A program made the position numbers and the translations under genes. DNA of 64,000 nt from contig CAVPIW010000005.1 of the NCBI GenBank assembly GCA_963705105.1, positions 288,001-352,000 of the forward strand, in the 5' to 3' direction. The notes under the pieces are model-generated. The model was not told where the DNA came from. It saw nothing but the letters and a program-made list of their open reading frames with translations, and made no database searches. Source of the DNA: an uncultured Nitrospiraceae bacterium. GTDB lineage: Bacteria; Nitrospirota; Thermodesulfovibrionia; Thermodesulfovibrionales; Dissulfurispiraceae. Shown here in pieces: positions 1 to 10,359 of this stretch; the first letter of the stretch is position 1; every line of letters starts with the position of its first letter.

Positions 1-1190
1 AACTTTCTCTTACCCGCCTTGATGATGTATGAACCTGGCCTCAGCCGGTGATCTGGATCGTCTATTCTTGCGTCGTCCACCCGCACGGCGCCCTGCCTGA
101 CGAGCCTGATCGCCTCGGCGGTGCTTGCCGTGAGGCCCGAGAGCTTCATGATCTTCGGAAGCCACATCTCCGCTTCTTCCCACTGTATTTCACTCACCGG
201 GATGTCATCAGGAAGCCCCTTCGCTTTGAATATTTCGTTGAACTCCTCCCGGGCATGCCGTGCAGCCTCGTCTCCCCAGTACCGGCCGACGATCTCGATC
301 GCCAGGTCCTCCTTCACCCTCTTGGGGTGAACGCTTCCGACCTTCAGCCCCTCCTGCAGCCCTTTGAACTCGTCGACGCTGATGTGGCTGAGCAGCTCGT
401 AGTATCTGATCATCAGGTCGTCGCTGACGGACATGACTTTGCCGTACATCTCCCGCGGCGACTCATAGATCCCTATATAATTCCCGTAGCTCTTCGACAT
501 CTTCTTGACGCCGTCCAGTCCTTCCAGCAGGGGCATCATGACGACGACCTGCGGCTTCTGTCCGAAGTGGGCCTGGAGCTCCCTCCCCATGAGGAGATTG
601 AACCGCTGGTCCGTTCCCCCCAGTTCCACATCCGATTCGAGGACGACCGAGTCGTACCCCTGAAGGAGCGGGTAAATGAATTCATGGATGCCGATGGGGT
701 TCTGGCTCGTGAAGCGCTGCTTGAAATCCTCCCGTTCGAGCATGCGCGCGACCGTCAGAGTCGCCTCGAGCCTGATCAGGTCCGAGGCGGTCATGGCACC
801 GAGCCACTCGCTGTTGAAACGGATGACGGTCTTGCCGGGGTCGAGGATCTTGTACACCTGTTCCTTGTACGTCTCGGCGTTTTTCAGCACGTCCTCCCGG
901 GTTAGCGGCTTCCGGGCCTCGGACCGGCCCGTGGGATCGCCGATCATGCCGGTGAAGTCGCCGATCAGGAATGTCACCTCGTGGCCCAGTTCCTGGAAGT
1001 GGCGCATCTTTTCGAGCAGGACGGTGTGGCCGAGGTGAATGTCAGGCGCCGTCGGATCGAAGCCCGCCTTGATCTTCAGGGGCCTGTCCTCCCGGTAGGA
1101 CGCCTCGAGCTTTTCGACAAGCTCTTTTTCGACGATGATCTCGACGACGCCGCGCCTGATGACTTCCAGTTGTTTTTCCGGTTTGAGCAT
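1..1190 (-). CDS. tyrS: Tyrosyl-tRNA synthetase (3' end runs off window)
   Basis: Manual minus-strand translation from ATG 1190: [14 protein letters not shown]...[18 protein letters not shown] (HIGH-like)...[13 protein letters not shown]...KMSKS...IIKAGKRK; absent from the ORF track because the stop lies outside the window. Confidence 0.95.
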   Translation of the reverse strand, partial: MLKPEKQLEVIRRGVVEIIVEKELVEKLEASYREDRPLKIKAGFDPTAPDIHLGHTVLLEKMRHFQELGHEVTFLIGDFTGMIGDPTGRSEARKPLTREDVLKNAETYKEQVYKILDPGKTVIRFNSEWLGAMTASDLIRLEATLTVARMLEREDFKQRFTSQNPIGIHEFIYPLLQGYDSVVLESDVELGGTDQRFNLLMGRELQAHFGQKPQVVVMMPLLEGLDGVKKMSKSYGNYIGIYESPREMYGKVMSVSDDLMIRYYELLSHISVDEFKGLQEGLKVGSVHPKRVKEDLAIEIVGRYWGDEAARHAREEFNEIFKAKGLPDDIPVSEIQWEEAEMWLPKIMKLSGLTASTAEAIRLVRQGAVRVDDARIDDPDHRLRPGSYIIKAGKRK

Positions 1191-1447
1191 GACAGTTATA
1201 TTAAAATCTGCCGGTCCCGGAGGTCAAATAGCGGCAGGTTAACCCGGTCCCGCCCCTGCATGGAATCAGTTCCCCCATTGCCTGACCATATGCCATCAAC
1301 ATCACCAATTTGACGATCCCGCAGGAAGCCCGACACGGCAGTCGTCCGTTATTTCCGTGCGAGCGGGAATTCTCCACTTTCGGGTGATGTCGTATAGTGT
1401 GAATACCCGCCCCAGAGAGGGATATTTCCGAATTCATCATTTATATC

Positions 1448-1476
1448 TTGACAGATCTTTTAATACATGGTATACG
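1448..1476 (+). promoter_or_regulatory. Sigma70-type promoter for the S74 gene cluster
   Basis: TTGACA (1448-1453), 17-bp spacer ending TGG, TATACG (1471-1476). Confidence 0.6.
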
Positions 1477-1543
1477 GAAAGCAGGAGAAAAGACGGTATC
1501 AGAATGTATTCACCGTTTCATGCCTATGCAGGGAGGGAACATA

Positions 1544-2878
1544 ATGGAAGCCGGGAAAAGAATGAAGAGGTGGACGGCTTTAACGTATCTGGCGGGAGGT
1601 CTTTTTCTTTGCGCGTTTGTTGTCTTACCGGTTGCGCAGGCCGAGGCAGCCGACTTCATCATAACAGATTCAACGCCGGAGATCATTTTTGACGATTCGG
1701 ACAACGGCGATGATTGGCGTATTTTCACCAACCACAACGTCGACGGATTCGGACTCGGGAGCGTGTGGCGTCTGTTCAAAGGGGGAGGCACAGCAGTGAT
1801 CGACATACGGGGAGACGAGGCAACGTATTCAACGAATCTGGCGGGCTCTCTTCTGATTGACTCAGCCGGGAACCTGCATTTTGCCGACGACGGCATGATC
1901 TTTGACCGTTTCAATGCCCGTATGGGCATCGGTCTTACAACACCCGGCTATACCCTGGACGCCATAGGGAACCGCATCCGCCTCAGAAACAGCACTGCTG
2001 CGGGGGCGAAGTCGATACAGATGAGGACAGACGGAACGTGGATTGACCTTCAGGCCGCCAACTCCGATCTTCTCATCAGCACGACGGGTGCCCACAATAT
2101 CTACCTGAGTTCAAACAGAGTGGGCGTCGGGACATCAAGTCCCTTCTATAAATTCTCCGTCAGCGGAGGAAACTCCGACCGCTCGACCCTTCACTTCACC
2201 AACACCGGGACCGACGTGGGGGGTTGGCTGACATCCGTGGCGGACAACAACTTCTTCGTCTCCTCCGGCGCCATGTGGAACGGCGCCGGATGGGTCCAGA
2301 AGTCACCGGACAACCTGGCCGTCATGGCGGGATCGGGACCGTCCGGCTACCGGGTTATGACGCGGTCCGGCTGTGCCGTCGGCACTGCCTGCTCCATCCC
2401 CATTACCCGCATGCTGATCGACTATGCGGGCAATGTCGGCTTCGGCATCGTTCCCGTTCATCCCCTGGACATGGCAAGCGGCGCACATGTGACGGCGGGA
2501 GGGATCTGGATGAACGCATCCAGCAGGAAGTACAAGGAGCACATCGAGGAACTCGCTATCGAGGATGCCCTCAAAACGCTCCGGAACCTGAACCCTGTGA
2601 CGTTCTCGTACAAGGCGGACCCGGCGGAGAAGCACGTCGGCTTCGTCGCCGAGGACGTCCCTGACCTTGTGGCGACAAAGGACCGCAATGGCCTGAGCCC
2701 CTTGGACATCGTCGCCGTCATGACGAAGGTGGTGCAGGAGCAGCAGAGCGTCATCGAGAAACAACGGAGTGACATGGCAAAACAGCAGAGGATCATCGAA
2801 GACCTCGTGGCGCAGATGGCTGAACTCAGGAGATTGGTTCTCCCGGGAGAGCCCGTTGAAGGTGTAAAAGCAAAATAG
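1544..2878 (+). CDS. Secreted fibre-like protein with C-terminal peptidase S74 intramolecular chaperone domain (copy 1)
   Basis: RBS GGGAGG before ATG 1544; signal peptide ending AQAEA; GIG/VGVGT beta repeats; NASSRKYK..LNPVTFSYK..HVGFVAEDVP..coiled-coil tail. Confidence 0.8.
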   Translation: MEAGKRMKRWTALTYLAGGLFLCAFVVLPVAQAEAADFIITDSTPEIIFDDSDNGDDWRIFTNHNVDGFGLGSVWRLFKGGGTAVIDIRGDEATYSTNLAGSLLIDSAGNLHFADDGMIFDRFNARMGIGLTTPGYTLDAIGNRIRLRNSTAAGAKSIQMRTDGTWIDLQAANSDLLISTTGAHNIYLSSNRVGVGTSSPFYKFSVSGGNSDRSTLHFTNTGTDVGGWLTSVADNNFFVSSGAMWNGAGWVQKSPDNLAVMAGSGPSGYRVMTRSGCAVGTACSIPITRMLIDYAGNVGFGIVPVHPLDMASGAHVTAGGIWMNASSRKYKEHIEELAIEDALKTLRNLNPVTFSYKADPAEKHVGFVAEDVPDLVATKDRNGLSPLDIVAVMTKVVQEQQSVIEKQRSDMAKQQRIIEDLVAQMAELRRLVLPGEPVEGVKAK

Positions 2879-2995
2879 GGATCAGCATCTGACGGACGAA
2901 CTGTCCTGCGGCAGCGCGGAAAGCGCATTGGAAACATTCGGGATGACGGTGTTCTCATCATTCTTCTGTCACATAACCTTTCCCTTGGAGGAAAC

Positions 2996-4687
2996 ATGAA
3001 AACCATTGCAGGAAGCAGAGCATCAAAGTTTATGATTTTTTCGGCCGGGGTCCTGGCGGCTCTCTTGTCGCTCCTGCCGGTCATGGCTCAAAGTCAGACC
3101 ATCGCCCAATCGCCGCGCCTTTCGGCAAACGCCGCAGGCGGAGGCCTGGAGATCGTTGCCGACCTCACCGGGGCAGAAGTGATCAGCATCGATATCGCGG
3201 GCCCCGGGATCGGCGTCCTCCATACGGAATCGAAAGAGAGCCCCGTGTTTCTATCCACCTCGGAACTTACCGATGCCTCGTACCGGTTCGAGGTGCAGCT
3301 TGTGGACGCAGAAACCGGGAAGATCGTTGAACGTCTGGCAGGGGTGTTTACGGTCAAAGACGGCCAGGTCCTCGTGCCGGTACAGAAGAAAGACAGAAGG
3401 GCCGGGAGCCTTTTGTCCGCACTTGCAGAAGTCATGAAGAACTTTGCCAAATCGGTCTGCAGCTTCTTCGTTTCCGGGGCTGAGGCTGCTGACCTGACCG
3501 TGTCCGACGCAGGCTCGGCAGACCTGTTCATCCACGTAACCAATGTCGGCGCGACGGCTCAGTGGGATATTGACGCAGTCGGCTGCAACCTGGGGGGCTT
3601 CGGGACGTGTTTTGACATCTGGAGTTACGGAGTCGCGGGATATGCCCTGCGACTCGCTGACTCGCCAAACGTCCTCCGCAGCTTCCTTGTCGACGGCGCC
3701 GGCGACATTCATTTCGCCAATGACGGCATGGTCTTTGACCGTTCCCTCAAGCGCCTGGGCATCGGGCTCACAACACCCGGCTATACCCTGGACGCCGTCG
3801 GCGACCGGGTGAGGCTGAGAAACAACACGACTGGAACGGCCCAGACCATCATGCTGAGGACCGACGGTCTTGCGACCGACCTTGAGGCTCTGAACGCCGA
3901 CCTCTGGATCCGGGCCGACCTGCCTGCGCCCGCCCACAACATCTACATGCTGTCCAACAGGGTGGGTGTGGGAACGACCGCTCCAGTGTACAAGCTGACC
4001 GTGAGCGGCGAGGGGTCCGACCGCTCGACCCTTCACTTCACCAACACCGGGACCGACGTGGGGGGTTGGCTGACATCCGTGGCGGACAACAACTTCTTCG
4101 TCTCCTCCGGCGCCATGTGGAACGGCGCCGGATGGGTCCAGAAGTCACCGGACAACCTGGCCGTCATGGCGGGATCGGGACCGTCCGGCTACCGGGTTAT
4201 GACGCGGTCCGGCTGTGCCGTCGGCAATATCTGCGCCGTCGCAACGCGCATGCTGATTGACTATGCGGGCAATGTCGGCTTCGGCATCGTTCCCGTCCAT
4301 CCCCTGCACATGGCAAGCGGCGCACATGTGACGGCGGGAGGAATCTGGATGAACGCATCGAGCAGGAAGTATAAGGACCACATCGAGGACCTGGCTATTG
4401 AAGATGCATTGAAGACGATCAGGAACCTGAACCCTGTGACGTTCTCGTACAAGGCGGACCCATCGGAGAAGCACGTCGGCTTCGTCGCCGAGGACGTGCC
4501 CGAACTCGTCGCGACAAAGGACCGCAATGGCCTGAGCCCCATGGACATCGTCGCCGTCATGACAAGGGTGGTGCAGGAGCAGCAGAAGGTCATCGAAAAA
4601 CAGCAGCAAGCAATGGAAATTCAGCAGAAGATCAACGATGACCTGAGCGCAAGACTTGAGAGGATCGAGCGCGCGATGGATCACTGA
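2996..4687 (+). CDS. Secreted fibre-like protein with C-terminal peptidase S74 domain (copy 2)
   Basis: RBS GGAGG; signal peptide; extra N-terminal domain; same C-terminal module as copy 1. Confidence 0.8.
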   Translation: MKTIAGSRASKFMIFSAGVLAALLSLLPVMAQSQTIAQSPRLSANAAGGGLEIVADLTGAEVISIDIAGPGIGVLHTESKESPVFLSTSELTDASYRFEVQLVDAETGKIVERLAGVFTVKDGQVLVPVQKKDRRAGSLLSALAEVMKNFAKSVCSFFVSGAEAADLTVSDAGSADLFIHVTNVGATAQWDIDAVGCNLGGFGTCFDIWSYGVAGYALRLADSPNVLRSFLVDGAGDIHFANDGMVFDRSLKRLGIGLTTPGYTLDAVGDRVRLRNNTTGTAQTIMLRTDGLATDLEALNADLWIRADLPAPAHNIYMLSNRVGVGTTAPVYKLTVSGEGSDRSTLHFTNTGTDVGGWLTSVADNNFFVSSGAMWNGAGWVQKSPDNLAVMAGSGPSGYRVMTRSGCAVGNICAVATRMLIDYAGNVGFGIVPVHPLHMASGAHVTAGGIWMNASSRKYKDHIEDLAIEDALKTIRNLNPVTFSYKADPSEKHVGFVAEDVPELVATKDRNGLSPMDIVAVMTRVVQEQQKVIEKQQQAMEIQQKINDDLSARLERIERAMDH

Positions 4688-4881
4688 GGAGATCATAAAA
4701 GCGCCGGTTTTCCTGCAAAGAAGCCAAGGTCGCCGGGAAAGGCGGGATGACGAACCGGGATGCAGCGGCTGTCAGACCCCCGCAGTGTGACGATGGAGGG
4801 ATTTGCCTGTTCTTTGGGGAAAGAGGGAGTCACATGACGGGCTTTGTATTAACTGACATGAACATGCAGGGAGGAAACGCA

Positions 4882-6126
4882 ATGCAGGTTATGGGAAGAA
4901 TGAAGGGATGGACTGTTTTGACGTGTCTCGCCGGGGGGCTAATTTTGTGCTTGTCCGTTGTCTCACTTCTGGCGGCGCAAGGCGGCAAAGCCCTCGCTCG
5001 GGCGGTGGTCAGGAACGTTGATGTGTCACAGGGCATTGTGCATGAGGCGGGGACATACCTGGCCGAAGCGATGGGGAGTGCAATGGCGTTTCTTGCGCCG
5101 GACGCAGAGGCTGTCGACGTGGTTGTCGAAAGCGCCTTACCCACGCTCTTCTTTGATGACACCAACGACGAGGACTGCGCGACCAATCATGATTGGCAGA
5201 TCACGGCATCGGGAGGCATCAGCAACAATGACGCGAACAATGTCTTCACCATCTCCGGCATGGGGGAATCTGCATTTGGAACTTGCAGTATCGCCGTCCC
5301 GATCATAACGATCAACCACACCGGGGCACTCGGGGTAAACAGCCCGGCGAACAGCCTCGTCATTGATTTCAACGGAGACCTCCGTTTCGCCGCCGATGGG
5401 ATGTTCTTTGACCGTTCTTTATCACACCTGGGAATCGGGATGGTTAGCCCTCAGTATAAGCTCTCCGTGAGCGGCGAGGGGTCCAACCGCTCGACCCTCC
5501 ACTTCACCAACACCGGGACCGACGTGGGGGGTTGGCTGACATCTGTCGCTGACAACAACTTCTTCGTGTCCTCAGGCGCGATGTGGGACTCGTCTGCGGT
5601 GCCCACACCCGGCTGGGTCCAGAAGTCCCCTGATGAAAGAGCCGTCATGGCCGGATCCGGGCCTTCCGGGTACCGCGTGATGACGCGGACGGGCTGCGCA
5701 GTCGGTGCTGTCTGCCCGGTCATTACCCGCATGATGATCGACTATACGGGCAATGTCGGCTTCGGCATCGCACCCATCCATCCCCTGGACATGGCAAGCG
5801 GCGCACATGTGACGGCTGGGGGAATCTGGATGAACGCATCGAGCAGGAAGTATAAGGACCACATCGAGGACCTGGCTATTGAAGATGCATTGAAGACGAT
5901 CAGGAACCTGAACCCTGTGACGTTCTCGTACAAGGCGGACCCATCGGAGAAGCACGTCGGCTTCGTCGCCGAGGACGTGCCCGAACTCGTCGCGACAAAG
6001 GACCGCAATGGCCTGAGCCCCATGGACATCGTCGCCGTCATGACGAAGGTGGTGCAGGAGCAGCAGAAAATTATCGACGATCTTCGCTCAAGGATCGAGA
6101 TGCTGGAGCGCGGGACAGTAAAATGA
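4882..6126 (+). CDS. Secreted fibre-like protein with C-terminal peptidase S74 domain (copy 3)
   Basis: RBS GGAGG before ATG 4882; leader similar to copy 1; same S74 module. Confidence 0.8.
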   Translation: MQVMGRMKGWTVLTCLAGGLILCLSVVSLLAAQGGKALARAVVRNVDVSQGIVHEAGTYLAEAMGSAMAFLAPDAEAVDVVVESALPTLFFDDTNDEDCATNHDWQITASGGISNNDANNVFTISGMGESAFGTCSIAVPIITINHTGALGVNSPANSLVIDFNGDLRFAADGMFFDRSLSHLGIGMVSPQYKLSVSGEGSNRSTLHFTNTGTDVGGWLTSVADNNFFVSSGAMWDSSAVPTPGWVQKSPDERAVMAGSGPSGYRVMTRTGCAVGAVCPVITRMMIDYTGNVGFGIAPIHPLDMASGAHVTAGGIWMNASSRKYKDHIEDLAIEDALKTIRNLNPVTFSYKADPSEKHVGFVAEDVPELVATKDRNGLSPMDIVAVMTKVVQEQQKIIDDLRSRIEMLERGTVK

Positions 6127-6129
6127 CGG

Positions 6130-6163
6130 GCGCCTCGCCCCGCCTTCTTATGCAACGACGAGG
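6130..6163. repeat. Solo end of MITE family A
   Basis: gcgcctcgccccgccttcttatgcaacgacgagg matches the family A terminus; lies between convergent stop codons. Confidence 0.6.
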
Positions 6164-6168
6164 GATTG

Positions 6169-6804
6169 CTACTGCTGCACGGGGATCAGCACTTCGTTAC
6201 GCCGGAGGAACCAGGGCATGAAGGGCGGATTGTAGCGCGCAAACACGGGCTCTCCCACTGGGCGCAAACCCTGCCTCTGCACGAACGCCCTGAGGAGGCC
6301 CTCCTTTTCCTCATACCGCTTCCTGCCCCACGTCCCGGAGTAGGTGATCGCCGCCACGCGGCGGCCCGGCACTTTTTTCAGCACCACCCTCTGATCGAGC
6401 GGCTCCGGCAGCGTCTCCAGGGTATATTCGGAGGGCATCATGAAGGTGATCCTCCAGGCGCCGCCCGTGCTTTCCTGGTTGACCGGCGCCGTCATCGCTA
6501 TCTTCTGAGAGGCCGCGTCCTGCGACACCGGCGCGGTCATGGCGATGGATTCCTTCTTGCGGTTCTTACCCGATATATACTGGAACAGCCGGCGGAAGCC
6601 CTCGTTCCCCACGTCGTCGAAATCCCCCTCGACGATCGTCTCGGCGACGATGTACGGCTCATATTGTCTGATCTCGAAGTCCCCGTCCTTGCTGAGCACG
6701 GTGTATTTCGCCTCTTCGTATGCCATACCCTCTCCATGGGTCAGTGTCACAACCAACCCGAAAAGAAGAAAAACACGGACTAAGAACATGAGGCCGCTTC
6801 TCAT
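6169..6804 (-). CDS. SOUL heme-binding family protein
   Basis: EEAKY..FEIRQY..GFRRLFQYISGKN..IAMTAPV..YNPPFMPWFLRRNEV; N-terminal signal. Confidence 0.9.
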   Translation of the reverse strand: MRSGLMFLVRVFLLFGLVVTLTHGEGMAYEEAKYTVLSKDGDFEIRQYEPYIVAETIVEGDFDDVGNEGFRRLFQYISGKNRKKESIAMTAPVSQDAASQKIAMTAPVNQESTGGAWRITFMMPSEYTLETLPEPLDQRVVLKKVPGRRVAAITYSGTWGRKRYEEKEGLLRAFVQRQGLRPVGEPVFARYNPPFMPWFLRRNEVLIPVQQ

Positions 6805-6813
6805 CCGCTCAGG

Positions 6814-7917
6814 TTACTCCTCATTCTTGCTCCCCCTTTTGAGTTGGGTGCATTTGACGACGTCGAGCTTCATAAAGCGCATGCAGCCGTTGCAGGAGAT
6901 GCAGTCCGCCTTCTCCTTGCCGTCCCTGAATTTTAACGGCAGGTCAGGCTCCCTGATAAGGGGCCGGGCCAGGGAGACGAAGTCCGCATCGCCGCTGGTC
7001 AGGACGTCTTCGGCAACGCTCCGGGAGCGGATGCCTCCGACGAGCATCACCGGGACCGTGAGGTCCTTCTTGAAGAACCGCGCCGATTCCCTGAAATATG
7101 CCTCCTGTTCGGTCCTGAGGATGTTGAGCTGCGCCGTCCTGCTTCCCGATTCATACATGCCCCCGCTCACCTCGACAGCCGCGATGCCCATGTCTTCCAG
7201 CCTCTTGGCAATCCTCAGACTTTCGTCGCGCGTCAGTCCCCCCTCAACGTAGTCTTCAGCGTTCATCTTGATGAGGATCGGGAAATCGGGCCTCACCTCG
7301 GCCCGCATCGCCCTGTAGACCTCTTCGAGAAAGTGGAATCTCCTCTCCTCGTCTCCACCCCAGTAGTCGTCCCTCCTGTTTGTGTGGGGAGAGAGGAACT
7401 CATTGACGAGATACCCGTGGGCGCCGTGGATCTGGATGCCGTCGAACCCGGCGTAGAAGGCCCTGCCTGCGGCGGCGCCGAAGGACTCGATGATCTCCCA
7501 TATCTCCTCGTTCGTCATCGCGGCGGGTGTCACCTTCGTCGAGGGGTCGTGGACCTCCGACGGCGCAAGAGGTTTGCTGCCGCCCAGGAGCGCCGGAAAG
7601 CACTGCCGTCCGCCGTGGACAAGCTGGATGACCACCCTGCCGTCGAGGCTGTGGATCGCATCGGTGAGCATCCTCAGCCCGTCGATATAATGATCGTTGT
7701 GAATGCACATCATCTGCGGAGCGGACCGCCCCGACACGTGGATGAGGGCATTTCCGGTAATGATGAGACCTGAACCGCCAAGGGTGAGTTCACGGTAAAA
7801 ATCGATGAGGGCATCGGTGACGAAACCGTCCACATCGGCCCTCTTTTCATACGTCGCCGAGCGGACGATCCGGTTCCTCAGGGTGACACCCCCGAAGGTG
7901 CACTGGTGAAAGAGCAT
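6814..7917 (-). CDS. NADH:flavin oxidoreductase (Old Yellow Enzyme family)
   Basis: LRNRIVRSAT, GFDGIQIHGAHGYLVNEFLSP, C-terminal CISCNGC. Confidence 0.92.
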   Translation of the reverse strand: MLFHQCTFGGVTLRNRIVRSATYEKRADVDGFVTDALIDFYRELTLGGSGLIITGNALIHVSGRSAPQMMCIHNDHYIDGLRMLTDAIHSLDGRVVIQLVHGGRQCFPALLGGSKPLAPSEVHDPSTKVTPAAMTNEEIWEIIESFGAAAGRAFYAGFDGIQIHGAHGYLVNEFLSPHTNRRDDYWGGDEERRFHFLEEVYRAMRAEVRPDFPILIKMNAEDYVEGGLTRDESLRIAKRLEDMGIAAVEVSGGMYESGSRTAQLNILRTEQEAYFRESARFFKKDLTVPVMLVGGIRSRSVAEDVLTSGDADFVSLARPLIREPDLPLKFRDGKEKADCISCNGCMRFMKLDVVKCTQLKRGSKNEE

Positions 7918-7925
7918 GCCTCCTC

Positions 7926-8885
7926 CTATTCCCTGCTCCGAGACAGGGAGACGGCGAATTTGACCGCCTCGATCATGCTCGAGGGATTCGCGATGCCTTT
8001 CCAGGCCCTGTCATAGGCGGAGCCGTGGTCAGGTGAGGTCCTGATGACGGGCAGGCCGATGGTGACATTCACGCCCGTGTCGAAGGCGATCATCTTCAGG
8101 GGCACAAGACCCTGATCATGATACATGCTGACGATGACGTCGAATTCCCCCTGGTAGGCCCGGTGAAAGAGCGTGTCGGCAGGATATGGACCAGAGACGG
8201 GAATGCCCCTGCCCCAGGCTTCCTGCACCGCCGGGGCGATTTCGTCGATCTCCTCACTGCCGAAGAGCCCCGACTCGCCGGCATGGGGGTTCAGTCCCGC
8301 CACGGCGATCTGCGGATTGCCGATCCCCATCATGCGGCAGGCCTGTTCAGCGAGGACGATCGTTTTAAACACATTCTCCCGGGTGATAAGACCGGGCACA
8401 TCCCTGAGCGGACGGTGGATCGTGACGAGGATCACCCGGAGCGGTCCGCCGCAGAGCATCATGGCATAATCGGCCGTCGCCGTCAGCTCGGCAAGCAGTT
8501 CCGTATGGCCGGGCCAGGGAAATCCCGCCATTCTGATTGATTCCTTCGTGATCGGCGCGGTGACGACGGCATCGACAATGCGAAGCTGAGCAAGCTCGAC
8601 GGCCTTCCTGATATAACTGACGCAGGCCCTGCCGTTGGCGGCATCCGTCCTGGACTTCTGAAAATCGCGGCCTTTGATTTCGCCGGTGCCGAGTACGTCG
8701 TATGCCCCGAGGTCGATGGATATGTCCAGGGCCTGGGCCGTTTCTTCGAGCACCGGCTTGTCGCCTATGATGAGGGGATTGCAGAGATCCATAACCTCGT
8801 CGTTAAGGACCGCTCTGAGGGCCACTTCCGGACCGATGCCGGCAGGGTCTCCGATTGTTATGGCGATTTTCTTGCGTTTCGGCAT
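7926..8885 (-). CDS. pdxA: 4-hydroxythreonine-4-phosphate dehydrogenase
   Basis: ITIGDPAGIGPE, PGHTE, LNPHAGE, MYHDQG, RTSPDHGSA; start set at ATG 8885 after GGGGGAGAAG. Confidence 0.95.
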   Translation of the reverse strand: MPKRKKIAITIGDPAGIGPEVALRAVLNDEVMDLCNPLIIGDKPVLEETAQALDISIDLGAYDVLGTGEIKGRDFQKSRTDAANGRACVSYIRKAVELAQLRIVDAVVTAPITKESIRMAGFPWPGHTELLAELTATADYAMMLCGGPLRVILVTIHRPLRDVPGLITRENVFKTIVLAEQACRMMGIGNPQIAVAGLNPHAGESGLFGSEEIDEIAPAVQEAWGRGIPVSGPYPADTLFHRAYQGEFDVIVSMYHDQGLVPLKMIAFDTGVNVTIGLPVIRTSPDHGSAYDRAWKGIANPSSMIEAVKFAVSLSRSRE

Positions 8886-9018
8886 TTCTCTTCTCCCCCC
8901 TTCCCGATTATTACATTGCAGGAGGCGGCGGGAAAAATGCAAGAGACGGTGTCAGTGTGAAGTGCAAGTGATGCCAGAAGGAATTAACCTTATCGTTTCA
9001 ATGAAAATGGAAGGGTTA

Positions 9019-9220
9019 CCTTTCTGTTGCGTGAAAAAAGGCGGGGCGAAGCGCCTCAAAGCCTTGCTGAAGGCGACACCTTAACCGTCACAAAAGACAG
9101 CGTTCTCAAGCCGATGACAGAAAAAAGTGAGCTCTTTTTCTGACACTCACACTGACACTGACACTGTCTTTCAGAGCGCATACACCCCGCCTTTTCGGCG
9201 ACCCAATTGCAACGATAAGG
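9019..9220. mobile_element. MITE family A copy (hexamer-repeat interior)
   Basis: CC..GG ends; gttgc..aaaggcggggcgaagcgcctcaaagccttgctgaaggcgac left arm; tacaccccgcctttt..ttgcaacgataagg right arm; flanks GTTA/TTTA. Confidence 0.75.
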
Positions 9221-9299
9221 TTTAAAATTATGCGTCCTGAGGTGGTATAATCTGCAGACAACCACTCACAGGAACATGCATCAACGGAGATGATCGACA

Positions 9300-9716
9300 A
9301 TGGATGACCTGCAGAAATTCGTCGCATCGGATGCGCTGGCCGGGCATCTCGGGATCGAGGTGATGGACTACGGTAAGGGCAGTGCGAAGGCCAGGATGAA
9401 GGTGAGGGACTTTCATCTCAACAGCGCAGGCACGGTCCACGGCGGCTCTATCTTCGCCCTTGCCGACGCCGTCTTTTCCGTCGCATCAAACTCCCACGGG
9501 ACCCTTGCGATGGCCATCAACGTATCCATATCCTATTTCAAGGCCGTCAAGAGCGGGACGCTCTTCGCCGAGGGGAAAGAGGTCTCCCTGAACCCGAAAC
9601 TCGCCACCTATCTCATTCGGGTCGAGGACCAGGAGGGTGCGCTCATCGCGCTCTTTCAGGGAACGGTCTACAGGAAAAGGGACCGGCTGGGAGAAGTGCT
9701 CTCTTCCGGAAAATAA
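9300..9716 (+). CDS. PaaI family thioesterase
   Basis: HLNSAGTVHGGSIFALAD hotdog-fold motif. Confidence 0.9.
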   Translation: MDDLQKFVASDALAGHLGIEVMDYGKGSAKARMKVRDFHLNSAGTVHGGSIFALADAVFSVASNSHGTLAMAINVSISYFKAVKSGTLFAEGKEVSLNPKLATYLIRVEDQEGALIALFQGTVYRKRDRLGEVLSSGK

Positions 9717-9734
9717 GAACGACGGTCGGATGCC

Positions 9735-10094
9735 CTATGACTGCTGGGCCAGGGAGCGCGCGAGTCCCCTGTCCATCATTTCCAGCCTCCTGATGGTGAT
9801 CAGGACGACAATAGCCTTTCTGAGCGCCCTGTCATGCCGGGGAATGCGAACAAGACACTGGCAAAGGCCTTCGAGGGAGAGCGTCTTGAGCACCTGGAGC
9901 CAGGCGGCATTTCGTACGGGAGGAACGATCCCCCTCAGATACTGGCACACTTTTGTGCCGCAGGGGTCAACGCTCCTGATGACCATGGAGAGCCTGTTGA
10001 ATTCTCTGCTCTGTTCACCCATCTTGCTCCTGAGCATATTCCTCTGCCTGGAAATATCTCCCCTGTCCGTCAACGCGGCATTTTCCTCTTGCAT
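9735..10094 (-). CDS. Hypothetical protein (~119 aa)
   Basis: ORF with RBS GGAGGG before ATG 10094; no recognised motif. Confidence 0.5.
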   Translation of the reverse strand: MQEENAALTDRGDISRQRNMLRSKMGEQSREFNRLSMVIRSVDPCGTKVCQYLRGIVPPVRNAAWLQVLKTLSLEGLCQCLVRIPRHDRALRKAIVVLITIRRLEMMDRGLARSLAQQS

Positions 10095-10359
10095 GACTCC
10101 CTCCGTGTCTCCTGAAAGGTTCTTGTTCATTCCTGTCATAGCTTTGCAATAAACGATCATTCAATCTCAGCGATACGTATCGGAAGCGGTGCGTTAGGAT
10201 CGGTGAGGCCCGTCGTGCATCGGTGACGTCCTCACATAAAGGATAGACGAAAGGGGCGGGTGAAAAATGTGTTTCGCCTCACAGGGCCGGGGCGGCCGCG
10301 GTCGGCTGAAAACTGCAGGGGCCTGCCGGGCAGGGCCCGTAAAAAACCGGCGTTGTCTG

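Noticed and set aside
1191..1440. T-box leader upstream of tyrS
   Set aside because: No T-box consensus or terminator/antiterminator recognised on the minus strand
1544..6126. Diversity-generating retroelement (TR/VR) explanation for the repeated segments
   Set aside because: No reverse transcriptase in the window, all repeats lie in intact paralogous CDSs, and differences are not adenine-specific
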